This document shows positions 25,527-34,191 of a stretch of DNA of 45,077 nt, piece by piece (position 1 is the first letter of the stretch; the number at the start of each line of letters is the position of its first letter). Made by a program: the position numbers and the translations under genes. Below the pieces are notes generated by a model. That model was not told the DNA's origin and ran no database searches. It saw nothing but the letters and a program-made list of their open reading frames with translations. The stretch lies in NCBI GenBank assembly GCA_964351105.1, contig CAYGMC010000002.1:11010-56086 (forward strand), read 5' to 3'. Source of the stretch: an uncultured Candidatus Saccharibacteria bacterium (GTDB taxonomy: Bacteria > Patescibacteriota > Minisyncoccia > Phycocordibacterales > UBA2100).

Positions 25527-26860
25527 CAGAGTTTACTTTCAAACTCGGGCGCTTCGCTCAAGCGAGAGTCGATGCGGGTCATGTCGCGCGGAAACATCGT
25601 CGCCTCTTTCACGTTTACGATCTCAAGCATACGTGCAGTGAAGCGCTCGAGGCCAGTCGAAGATCCGCCATGTGGCGGAAGACCGTATTTGAATGCCTGA
25701 AGATAAAAAGAAAATTTCTTAGGATCAAGACTGCGCTCCTCCATGCGTGCAATGAGCGTATCGTAATCGTGTACCCGCTGTGCCCCGCTGTTGATCTCGA
25801 GTCCGCGGAAAAGAAGGTCAAAACCACGCGAAAAAGGAGCCTCCGAAGGATCTTCGTAGGTGTAAAATGCTCGCTTTGCTGTGGGATATCGAGTAATGAA
25901 TACAAAATCTGACGAGCGTTCTTTTTTTGCCCACTCACAAATGGCGCGCTCGTGCTCTGGCTCCAAATCAGGATCTTCGGCTACAGCGAGAATACCTTGT
26001 GCTTCGCGCAGAGTGAGCACGGGTATTTCTTGCGGCACGAGGGGGACGTTTGTGTGGAAGCGCTCAAAGACATCAGCATGTGCCTCCCCTACCGCCTTCA
26101 CCGTATCGAAAATTGCGCGCTCAAGCACACGCATCGGATCGCGCTCGTTTGCGATAAAACCCATTTCAAAATCCATGCAGGTCGCCTCCGACAAATGTCG
26201 CGTGGTAGCGCTTTTTTCGGCGCGAAATATTTTTGCAACAGTAAATGCGCGCTCAAACGGCCCCACCATTATTTGTTTGTAGAATTGCGGCGACGTGGCC
26301 AAAAAAGCGCTGACTTCTCGAAAATACTCTACTTTAAAGGCCGCGGCACCACCCTCAGCATCTCCGCCCACGAGCGCTGGCGCGATGAATTCTTTGAAGT
26401 TTTGCGACCGTAGTGAATTGCGATAGGCATCTAAAATAGTGGCCTGCACAGAAAAAATATCACGACTTCGCTCCGTACGCAGTGTGAGCGGAAGATTATC
26501 GAGGTGAGTCTCGAGATGCAGTTCCGCCTCGAGGTCAAATGGAAGCGAATGAGCGGCGCCTAATATTTGCATGGATTGGATTTGGAGCTCAATATGGCCG
26601 TTCGGTTTACCTTGTTGAATATTTTTCTCCGGACGCGCATTTACGAGACCTGTTACTGCGACGGCATATTGCTGGCGCACCTCTTTTGCGATGTCGATGG
26701 CCGCCGACTTTGGTAGCACAACTCCCTGAACAATCCCCGACATGTCGCGGAAATCAAAAAAGACCATTTTGCCTTGGTCGCGGCGCACCTCTACCCACCC
26801 TGAAATATCCACTGTTTTTCCGATAACTCCGCGGAGATCTTTGATGAATGTCCGTTCCAT
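25526..26860 (-). CDS. aspS: Aspartate--tRNA ligase, class IIb, short (archaeal/eukaryote-like) type
   Basis: N-terminal OB fold (VDISGWVEVRRDQGKMVFFDFRD), TSPQFYKQ, motif 2 FRAEKSATTRHLSE, and motif 3 GGSSTGLERF. I cannot tell by eye whether it is discriminating or non-discriminating. Confidence 0.85.
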   Translation of the reverse strand: MERTFIKDLRGVIGKTVDISGWVEVRRDQGKMVFFDFRDMSGIVQGVVLPKSAAIDIAKEVRQQYAVAVTGLVNARPEKNIQQGKPNGHIELQIQSMQILGAAHSLPFDLEAELHLETHLDNLPLTLRTERSRDIFSVQATILDAYRNSLRSQNFKEFIAPALVGGDAEGGAAAFKVEYFREVSAFLATSPQFYKQIMVGPFERAFTVAKIFRAEKSATTRHLSEATCMDFEMGFIANERDPMRVLERAIFDTVKAVGEAHADVFERFHTNVPLVPQEIPVLTLREAQGILAVAEDPDLEPEHERAICEWAKKERSSDFVFITRYPTAKRAFYTYEDPSEAPFSRGFDLLFRGLEINSGAQRVHDYDTLIARMEERSLDPKKFSFYLQAFKYGLPPHGGSSTGLERFTARMLEIVNVKEATMFPRDMTRIDSRLSEAPEFESKL

Positions 26861-26866
26861 AATTCT

Positions 26867-27802
26867 TTAGAGCATAACACCGATTACTTGGCGCACGGCA
26901 CGCATTTTTGCGCTTGCGAGCGCGCTTGCGCGCTCGCCGCCGTCTTTCAAAATGTCTTTGACATCGGCGTCAGAAATACTCTCCCGTCGCTCACGCATCG
27001 GCCCCACCAATGACTCGATATCTTCCACGAGCGCGTCCTTGAGCACTTTGTATTTGCCTTTGTTCTCTTTGTAAAGAGTTGCGAGCGAATCGCCGCTTCT
27101 GAATAATCGGTGAATGTTATACACGTGTTCTGGCGACTCCCCTTTTGAATCCGTTTTGATGCTCATAACCGCTTTTGCTATCTCGTCTTTTGAAGCAAAA
27201 AGTGGGATGGTATTACCATAGCTCTTGCTCATCTTTTGGCCGTCGAGACCGGGGACGATAGCTACAGACTCCAATATTTTTTCCTGCGGTTCTTTGAATG
27301 TTTGTCCGTAGAGCGTGTTGAATTTGGCGGCCGCTTCGCGCGCGTATTCCACATGCTGACGTTGATCTGCTCCCACGGGCACAATGTCGGTGTCGTAGAG
27401 CAAAATATCGGCGGCCATGAGCATTGGGTACGTGAAAAGCCCTGCATTAGCCTCCAAACCTTTAGCCACTTTGTCTTTGTATGCGTGCGCTTGCATGAGA
27501 AACGGTACGGTAACAAGGCAATCGAATATCCATGCAAGTTCGGTATGTTCGGGCACTGATGATTGCTGGAAAAGAATTGCGCGTTTTGGATTGAGCCCAA
27601 CTCCAATATAATCCCTCACGACATCAGAAATATTACTGCGTAATTGCGAAGGTTCTTTAAGAGACGTGAGTGCGTGGTAGTCGGCAATCATCACCAAACC
27701 TTCGGCGTCGTAAAACATTTCCACCGTCTGTTTCAAGGCACCAAAGTAATTCCCAATGTGAAGTTGCCCACTCGGTTGAAGCCCCGTAAAAAGTCTTTGC
27801 AT
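26867..27802 (-). CDS. trpS: Tryptophan--tRNA ligase
   Basis: Contains MQRLFTGLQPSGQLHIGNYFGAL (HIGH) and GQKMSKSYGN (KMSKS). The start is trimmed to the ATG at 27802. The upstream extension overlaps the 3' end of the 816-aa gene. Confidence 0.9.
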   Translation of the reverse strand: MQRLFTGLQPSGQLHIGNYFGALKQTVEMFYDAEGLVMIADYHALTSLKEPSQLRSNISDVVRDYIGVGLNPKRAILFQQSSVPEHTELAWIFDCLVTVPFLMQAHAYKDKVAKGLEANAGLFTYPMLMAADILLYDTDIVPVGADQRQHVEYAREAAAKFNTLYGQTFKEPQEKILESVAIVPGLDGQKMSKSYGNTIPLFASKDEIAKAVMSIKTDSKGESPEHVYNIHRLFRSGDSLATLYKENKGKYKVLKDALVEDIESLVGPMRERRESISDADVKDILKDGGERASALASAKMRAVRQVIGVML

Positions 27803-27808
27803 AGACAC

Positions 27809-27817
27809 AATATAGCA
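27809..27817 (-). promoter_or_regulatory. Extended -10 box TGCTATATT, 6 nt upstream of the trpS ATG
   Basis: The minus strand reads TGCTATATT-GTGTCT-ATG(27802). No Shine-Dalgarno sequence is present. Confidence 0.45.
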
Positions 27818-27905
27818 GATTTTGGACCAGAAAGAATCCCGTATTTTGGACGGGGTTCTTTCGCGCTTCTGTATCACGAGAGTACTCGTTCCTACACGTA
27901 CTACT

Positions 27906-30356
27906 CTATATTGCGATCTTAGTAAGTGATCCTGAGTATGAGAGGTTGTCCTGTGCCGCAGTTGCCTCATCTGCGTTGACTTCGACAACTACAGTGTCAG
28001 GAGTAGTTGAAGATGTCGCAGTTACAGTGAAGGTTTGCATAGCGCTCGTACCGTTTGCGTTGGAGACAACAACTGACCAAGAGGACGGATACACTGGTAC
28101 GGCTCCCGGTGGGCAAACTACACTAGAGCCAGGAACATCGTCGCATGCTGATACGGCCGAAGGAACGATGTACTTGATGAGGGTGCCATTTTCAGTAGTC
28201 GTGACAGTGCGTTTGCCGCCACTGCCAAAACGGACGGTGTCAGCACCAGTAAAACCAGTACCGCGTATAGCAATTTCAGTCCCTATAGGACCAGATGTGG
28301 GGGTGATGGAGGTGATAGTGGGAATGGTGGAAGGTGCCGCGGTTACCGTCACATCTCTCCAAGGTCCACAATTGGTAGATTCAGGAACGCTCGTGTACTG
28401 TCCGAGCTTGTTTACACACACACGAACAGAGTACCTGCCCGTCGTTGCGAAAGTATGAGATTGAGTAACGGTACGACTTGCGCCAGCACCGAGTGCTGGA
28501 GAATCTTGTCCGGGAAGGCTGTTGAGCGTCCCCACGCCAGACGGCGAGCTATACATGGTGAAGAATATGACGGGGAAACCGCCGGTGGTCGCTGTGCCGT
28601 TGTTGGTTATGACTGTAGAGAGTGTGGTGGGAGTGCCAGCAATTATTGTAGCGGGAGTTGTAATCACACTAGCGGAGATATTGGGGGTGGTAGGAGCGGA
28701 AGTATGTGTCGTCGGCGTGATCGTGCTGTGGAGATACTGCATGCCCGAGTTATAGAGTTGAGACACCTGACTACCCGAGAGTGCGGAGTTGTAGTAGCGC
28801 ACATCGGAGATTTTGCCGTTGAAATACGAGACGCCACGTGGATATGAGCCAGTGGTACCATCCCACATACGGCCTATCTGAGCCCCAAGGCTGTGATACC
28901 CAACGTTGCTTCCCGAGACTGGTAGTGTGCGCACAAGTACTCCGTCTACGTAGACGAGCGATTGAGAGCCGGTGTTGACCCACGTGATGTGGTGCCATGC
29001 GTTGGAGAGATTCTTCCCTGCTGGGACACTGTAAAAAGCGTGACACCCTGGAACGCCTGAAGCAGTCATTGGAACGGCGCTATTCAATCCCGCCCCGTTT
29101 TTGTCTGCACGGATGTAGACGTTGGAGGAATCCACCCCGAGTATGACGTCATTGCCTGATACATGGGTTGAGTCGGAGAAAATAACGCCGCATGAGCCGC
29201 CGCTATGCGATGCCCATGCGCTGACGGTAAACGCGGTCGAATCACCGATTTGTGAGAGCGGCACATACTGATCAACGCCGTTTAAGGCAACATTGCCCGC
29301 CATAGATACGGTGGGTGGAGGCACCACAGTCATACCCGCACCGAAGACAAAGCTTCCTTCCCATGAACCCCACGATCTCGTGTTCACGCCGTTTTCAGTA
29401 CTTCCATGATATGCGTCACGCCCTGGCTTGATGGTGTAGGAAACTGCCCCACCTCCCGCTTTAGTGATTACGCCCGCGTGTACTGCGGCGGCGCAGATGT
29501 TGGAATCGTCGGTGTACATGCCATTGCCCCATACCTCCACATTCGTTGCGACATTCGCGGGGCAGGTGCAATTGAAAGTCTGTTCGTTTTTACCGCGATT
29601 TGATTGCGCGGTTGTGCATGTGCTTGAGTCTGTCGTGGCATTGATGGTCAGAGTTTTTAGAGTCTGCCACTCGACGGAAGCTGGCCTACACAGATTATCG
29701 CAGGTCGATCGTAGAAGACTGGCTGTATAGATACCTGGATTGGCGTATGTGTGTTCAATTCCCCATTCTAAACATTGGAATGATCCCAGATTATCTCCTA
29801 TTGACTTTGCGCATGTGATTCTTTCGCGTCCTGTACCGTCACCAAAATCAATGTAATGTTGTGGCGCGCCTGCATCCCCTGTTGAATAGAGATTTGATGT
29901 AAAGCGTACAGTAAGAGGCGTCGAACCTTTTGCTGGTGATGCTGTGAAAATCGGACCTTCAGTCTTTTCGCCACACCTTATTGCCGCACGTGTACGTGGC
30001 CCCATGATGCCGTAGGCGGAGTCGTTCACCGAAGAAACGATACCGAGAGAAAGCTGGAGCTTGCCGACTGCTTGGGCGGTAACGAAGCCGTAGTATCCTG
30101 TTGCACCACGATCGAAGTATCCTTTGTTGGCGAGATAGTTTTGCAATTTGGTAACATCGCTCCCCGAAGACCCGAGGGTGAGATTGGAGGAGAGGTCAAC
30201 GCAAGAAGTCGAGGTAGTTTGCCCTTGTAGTTGTGCAATCTGCGCAAGAAGAGCACTTATCTGTGCTTGGAGGTCCCCGATAGTGTCGGCCGAGGCGACG
30301 AAAGGAGAAACGAGCAAAACAAAGCCAGCGACTACTGATGCGGATGTTTTAAGCAT
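27906..30356 (-). CDS. Secreted mosaic surface protein: signal peptide, coiled coil, PG-binding, PKD, LCCL, LamG/ConA-like, CARDB-like and IPT/TIG domains
   Basis: PG-binding: GSDVTKLQNYLANKGYF..YGFVTAQAVGKLQ (30033-30191). PKD: PLTVRFTS..FGDGTG..HTYANPGIYTASL. LCCL: CPANVATNVEVWGNGMYTDDSNICAAAVHAGVI..GGAVSY..YHGSTENGV (29343-29618). LamG: FTVSAWAS..WHHITWV..VYVDGVL..FNGKISDVRYYNSAL. IPT: PTITSITPTSGPIGTEIAIRGTGF. Confidence 0.85.
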   Translation of the reverse strand: MLKTSASVVAGFVLLVSPFVASADTIGDLQAQISALLAQIAQLQGQTTSTSCVDLSSNLTLGSSGSDVTKLQNYLANKGYFDRGATGYYGFVTAQAVGKLQLSLGIVSSVNDSAYGIMGPRTRAAIRCGEKTEGPIFTASPAKGSTPLTVRFTSNLYSTGDAGAPQHYIDFGDGTGRERITCAKSIGDNLGSFQCLEWGIEHTYANPGIYTASLLRSTCDNLCRPASVEWQTLKTLTINATTDSSTCTTAQSNRGKNEQTFNCTCPANVATNVEVWGNGMYTDDSNICAAAVHAGVITKAGGGAVSYTIKPGRDAYHGSTENGVNTRSWGSWEGSFVFGAGMTVVPPPTVSMAGNVALNGVDQYVPLSQIGDSTAFTVSAWASHSGGSCGVIFSDSTHVSGNDVILGVDSSNVYIRADKNGAGLNSAVPMTASGVPGCHAFYSVPAGKNLSNAWHHITWVNTGSQSLVYVDGVLVRTLPVSGSNVGYHSLGAQIGRMWDGTTGSYPRGVSYFNGKISDVRYYNSALSGSQVSQLYNSGMQYLHSTITPTTHTSAPTTPNISASVITTPATIIAGTPTTLSTVITNNGTATTGGFPVIFFTMYSSPSGVGTLNSLPGQDSPALGAGASRTVTQSHTFATTGRYSVRVCVNKLGQYTSVPESTNCGPWRDVTVTAAPSTIPTITSITPTSGPIGTEIAIRGTGFTGADTVRFGSGGKRTVTTTENGTLIKYIVPSAVSACDDVPGSSVVCPPGAVPVYPSSWSVVVSNANGTSAMQTFTVTATSSTTPDTVVVEVNADEATAAQDNLSYSGSLTKIAI

Positions 30357-30444
30357 GATTTTTGAGCTAATTAAATAATACCTTTACCATAGCACGTCTG
30401 CTGAAGTCGCACAAGGGCAACAGAACACCGAACCAACCCACTCC

Positions 30445-33400
30445 CTACTGCACTAAATGAAGCATGCGGAGAATATTGTGCAATACCCCTGCCGCCGCGG
30501 TTTGACCACTGCTACCTCCGGGGAGCATTGAGTTATTGCCACCCCCACCACTATCCTGATCAACTTCCGGTGGCGAAGGGTCACAACGAACGGTACGAGG
30601 ACCAGAAAAGAGCTCGCCCAGAGCACCGCCGCTGGAGTCGACACCATAGGCTCGTATGTTGTGCTCAACATTGTCTTTGAGGCTTTCAGGTGTGGGGATG
30701 GAGAAGCCGTGATTGCCCGTGATGCCTTTGGCGATGTTTACATCGGTACGCAGGACGTTTGCTGTGCCTGATACGCGTACGATATCCCCTTCTTTGATGA
30801 CAACGCCAATGGAAGTGGACGAGGCGTTGGGATCGTATGTCCACCCTTGGAAGAACGTGCAGTTTGCGGCTTCGAAGTTGCCTCTGGGGAGGGTGTTTAC
30901 TGACAATGGTGTGGTGGTCGGGGCGGCACAGGTGATGGTGCGGGGACTGTTCGTGAGTTGTGGGGTAGCTCCGCCTGATGCGTCTATGGCGTAGACTTTG
31001 AGTGTATGCGGGCGGCCGTCTTTGAGACTCTCGGGGAAGGGGACGGCGAATCCAGGGGCGGAGGCGTTGTTTATATCTGGACGTACTTTACCTGTCTTAC
31101 CACCAGCGACGAATACATCCCCTTCGTACACATGTATATCAATGGATTTTACTAGATAATCAGGGTCATAAGCCCATCCAATTAAGGTCGAGCACGTGGC
31201 TCTTTCGAAGTAGCCTATTGGTTGTCTATCGGGACGCGGAGTTACCGTAATATTCGTCCATCCGCCACAGTTGTCGGTTTCATTGATTTCTTGAACGAGG
31301 CCCTGGCTGTCTGCACATGCGCGCATTGAGTACGTACCAGTAGCGTTGAAGGTACGGGATATCACAACAGATCGTGATTCATTCGGACCAAGCTTTACAA
31401 CATTTAGGTGAGGAGTGTTGGTAATCGTTCCACCACCGCTTGCTTGCGCCGCCACCTGGAAGAAGCTTGTGAAAAAATTGTTTGGTGTTGAGGTAGCGCC
31501 CGTGTTGTAGATAACGGAGGAGAATATCTTTGCGACACCAGAGGTTGCTGTCGTGGGAGTGATTCGTCCCGCAATAAGATTGGGGCGGATTGAGCCCGAC
31601 ACAACAACATTCGTCCACGGCCCGCAATTATCCGTCTCGTTGGATTCTAGTATGGTGCCCGCGCCACCCCTTGGCGTGCCATCTGCGCACGCGCGCATTG
31701 AATAGGTACCCGGAGTGTGGAGTGTGAAAGATTGTGTGATAGTTCGAGACGCGCTTGAGCCAAGTCGCTCGGTGGTTAGAGCATCAGTACTAAGGGCTAT
31801 TCCTCCGCCATTTGGTGCCGTTGTTACTTCAAAGTAACTCTGGAAATTCGCGTTCGTTGCAGAACCTCTGTTTGAAATTACCGATGAGAATGTCTGTGCG
31901 GCACTTGTGATTGCCACTGTGGGGGTGGTTGAACCTGCGGTGAGGTTGGGGGAGCCTGTTATGTTCATCCAAAATGATTGTTGCCCAGTTGGAACACCTA
32001 AAACGGCATAATAAACCCCCGAGGGACTGCTTTCTGATGTTTGGAAATAGTACGTGAATAATTGTGACTCGCCAGGTGAAATTAATACATGTTGGATGCC
32101 ATCTAGCAACGATGGATACGCCGAGATCGTCATCTCTGTTGAAGGTATAGCAACTCCTCCTCGAAGAAGTTCTACACTCATCCGGAAGTTCTTTGGAAAA
32201 CAGGCGGCCGTCCCATTGTTTACTAGTCTAAATTGTATAGATGCGGTTTCCCCTGGACCAACCACATTCTTACTCTCAAGCCCTTGAATGCCTACGTAAT
32301 TAGATTCACAAACAGGTAGACCTAATTGCACATCAAAGGTCGCCAAATTAGACGACGTGGCAAGATTATATATTTTAATTCCCCTACCTGGCCAATCAAA
32401 TGTGTTTCCTGCGATAAGCGAAACTTTCGCGGGGGGCGTAAGAGGACGGACTGCATAATTCTCCCTTGCATAATTTGCATTAAGTAGTCGAGAATAGGGT
32501 CTGTCCCCGTCCTTACGCACCACCTGATTGAGAAAGAGTCCGGAAGCTAGGGGGTATTGAGTCCTGAGAAATGAGGGTACGGAGTCTGGGTATGGGGGTG
32601 TATGATCGGCATCAAATCCCGTTGGTTGTCTAAATTCAATATAGAGAGGTGGTAATCCTCCATGATTTATAATACCGACACGCGGACCAGTGGCTACTTC
32701 GAGTGGCGCCAACGTGTATCTATTGCTACGGTCAATCGTCACTTTTGATGAAGCATCAAACCATCCGAGCAAGTCTTTGTAAAAAGCGTTGAAGTGAGCG
32801 GAAAAAGTGCCTTTCCCCATAACATCAAATAGATTGCCATACTCTCTATGCTCACAGTTGCGATCTAGCGATGGGCTAGTGCAAAACCATGAATTGGCAT
32901 GCATCACGCCGAGTAAATGACCCATCTCATGTGAGAGTAGGTATTCAAATCCAGCCATGTTTGATTTATTCCACGCAGAAGCAGGATAGCCTACCCAGGC
33001 AAAAGATACTAAGCGGTTGAAACGAAGAACATCTTGATTATATTTCCCGACCTGACCACACCCCCCTGGACGTCCATTTATCAAAAAAACTATACGGTCG
33101 GAATTGTACAGTGCATGTGATTTTTCGAAATGTGTCGAAAAATAATCTCTTATGCTTGGTGTATCGATGTCAACGATTGGACCTGATGGTGGACACACCT
33201 CTCCTGACGAATACGGTGGTACCGATATCCAATCCGTAACATCACCCTCAAACGAAACTTTTCCATACGATTGCTCCCTGTAGAACTCTTGAAAGGCTCC
33301 GTTGAAAATCACGTCTTTTACCTCTGCGGGAGTAGGGACGGCGGGCATCCCCGGAGAGGTTACGAGAATAACGAACGTTTTTTGCACACCCACAGCATCG

Positions 33401-34146
33401 GGTACTGGTTGGTGGAGCACTTGAGTACTTGCGGGGCCTCCTTCGGCGGCAAGGGTGTTGCCTATTTGGAAGCCTTCGACTCGGAGGGTGGCACCAGAAG
33501 AGAGTAATGGCGCATCTCCCACAAAGGAGAGTTCTGTGCGTTGGTTGCCTGTACGGAGATGGTATTGGAAGCGGGAATTCTCGGGATCCTCGAAGTCGTC
33601 TATGTGGAGTACTTCGGTGGTGCCAGTGAGGGTGGCTTGTCTCTCTATGTGCGCTTGGACTTCGGAAGAGAGCTTGGCGCGGACGACAGAAGGCATGACG
33701 TTTTGGAGGAATACCTCGGGACTCTTCTTGGCGATCATTTCCATCAAGACTTTGCGTCGCACGGCGAGTTGTACTTGCTCTTTCACTGCGTTTTGTACTT
33801 GGGTGGTGGCGGGCGGTGGAGGAGAAACGACGCCAGTAGACCCTGCAGACATTGGCGCTTGGTGGGTTCTGGGAGGAGAAACGAGACTTTTGGTGAGATT
33901 GCGGAGCTCTTGGAGATCTGCGGGGGCGATGGCTTCGTTTCCCTGAGGAAGTTGGACATTTGTAACAGGAGTGGTACCAACGGCCGCGAATTGGGAGAAG
34001 AAAGCGCTGGGGAGAGTAATGGGTGTGATGAATTTCTCAAAGACTGACTTGATATCAGCGAGAGAGAGCGCCGAGGCAAAGAATGGGAATGTGATTAGAG
34101 GGAGAGAGACGAGCGCGACAGCGAGGGAGCGTTTAAGAGTGTTCAT
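30445..34146 (-). CDS. Giant secreted HExxHxxGxxH metalloprotease-like protein with 2 CARDB-like modules, 2 Cys-bounded ~100-aa modules and a conserved Gly-rich/amphipathic C-terminal tail
   Basis: Signal peptide LAVALVSLPLITFPFFASA. LSHEMGHLLGVMHANSW lies at nt 32899-32931. The N-terminal ~600 aa are collinear with the 991-aa protein. The tail reads ..GGGGNNSMLPGGSSGQTAAAGVLHNILRMLHLVQ*. Confidence 0.85.
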   Translation of the reverse strand: MNTLKRSLAVALVSLPLITFPFFASALSLADIKSVFEKFITPITLPSAFFSQFAAVGTTPVTNVQLPQGNEAIAPADLQELRNLTKSLVSPPRTHQAPMSAGSTGVVSPPPPATTQVQNAVKEQVQLAVRRKVLMEMIAKKSPEVFLQNVMPSVVRAKLSSEVQAHIERQATLTGTTEVLHIDDFEDPENSRFQYHLRTGNQRTELSFVGDAPLLSSGATLRVEGFQIGNTLAAEGGPASTQVLHQPVPDAVGVQKTFVILVTSPGMPAVPTPAEVKDVIFNGAFQEFYREQSYGKVSFEGDVTDWISVPPYSSGEVCPPSGPIVDIDTPSIRDYFSTHFEKSHALYNSDRIVFLINGRPGGCGQVGKYNQDVLRFNRLVSFAWVGYPASAWNKSNMAGFEYLLSHEMGHLLGVMHANSWFCTSPSLDRNCEHREYGNLFDVMGKGTFSAHFNAFYKDLLGWFDASSKVTIDRSNRYTLAPLEVATGPRVGIINHGGLPPLYIEFRQPTGFDADHTPPYPDSVPSFLRTQYPLASGLFLNQVVRKDGDRPYSRLLNANYARENYAVRPLTPPAKVSLIAGNTFDWPGRGIKIYNLATSSNLATFDVQLGLPVCESNYVGIQGLESKNVVGPGETASIQFRLVNNGTAACFPKNFRMSVELLRGGVAIPSTEMTISAYPSLLDGIQHVLISPGESQLFTYYFQTSESSPSGVYYAVLGVPTGQQSFWMNITGSPNLTAGSTTPTVAITSAAQTFSSVISNRGSATNANFQSYFEVTTAPNGGGIALSTDALTTERLGSSASRTITQSFTLHTPGTYSMRACADGTPRGGAGTILESNETDNCGPWTNVVVSGSIRPNLIAGRITPTTATSGVAKIFSSVIYNTGATSTPNNFFTSFFQVAAQASGGGTITNTPHLNVVKLGPNESRSVVISRTFNATGTYSMRACADSQGLVQEINETDNCGGWTNITVTPRPDRQPIGYFERATCSTLIGWAYDPDYLVKSIDIHVYEGDVFVAGGKTGKVRPDINNASAPGFAVPFPESLKDGRPHTLKVYAIDASGGATPQLTNSPRTITCAAPTTTPLSVNTLPRGNFEAANCTFFQGWTYDPNASSTSIGVVIKEGDIVRVSGTANVLRTDVNIAKGITGNHGFSIPTPESLKDNVEHNIRAYGVDSSGGALGELFSGPRTVRCDPSPPEVDQDSGGGGNNSMLPGGSSGQTAAAGVLHNILRMLHLVQ
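30583..31224 (-). repeat. Two tandem ~100-aa Cys-bounded modules (more diverged copies)
   Basis: These are aa 975-1073 (PIGYFERATCSTLIGWAYDPD..TITC) and 1086-1188 (LPRGNFEAANCTFFQGWTYDPN..GNHGFSIPTPESLKD..TVRC). Confidence 0.75.
31243..31944 (-). repeat. Two tandem CARDB-like ~115-aa modules ending ..MRACAD..NETDNCG(P/G)WTN(V/I).V
   Basis: These are aa 735-849 and 855-968 of the 1233-aa ORF. A third related module (..VRVCVN..ESTNCGPWRDVTV) occurs in the 816-aa protein. Confidence 0.65.
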
Positions 34147-34191
34147 GCCCCCGCAGTATACGGGTGAAATACGTGATACCCATCTTGAAAC

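Noticed and set aside
27803-27988. 62-aa N-terminal extension of trpS
   Set aside because: It overlaps the 3' end of the 816-aa gene. TrpRS proteins begin close to the ..GxQPSGxLHIGN motif, which follows the ATG at 27802. An extended -10 box lies 6 nt upstream of that ATG.
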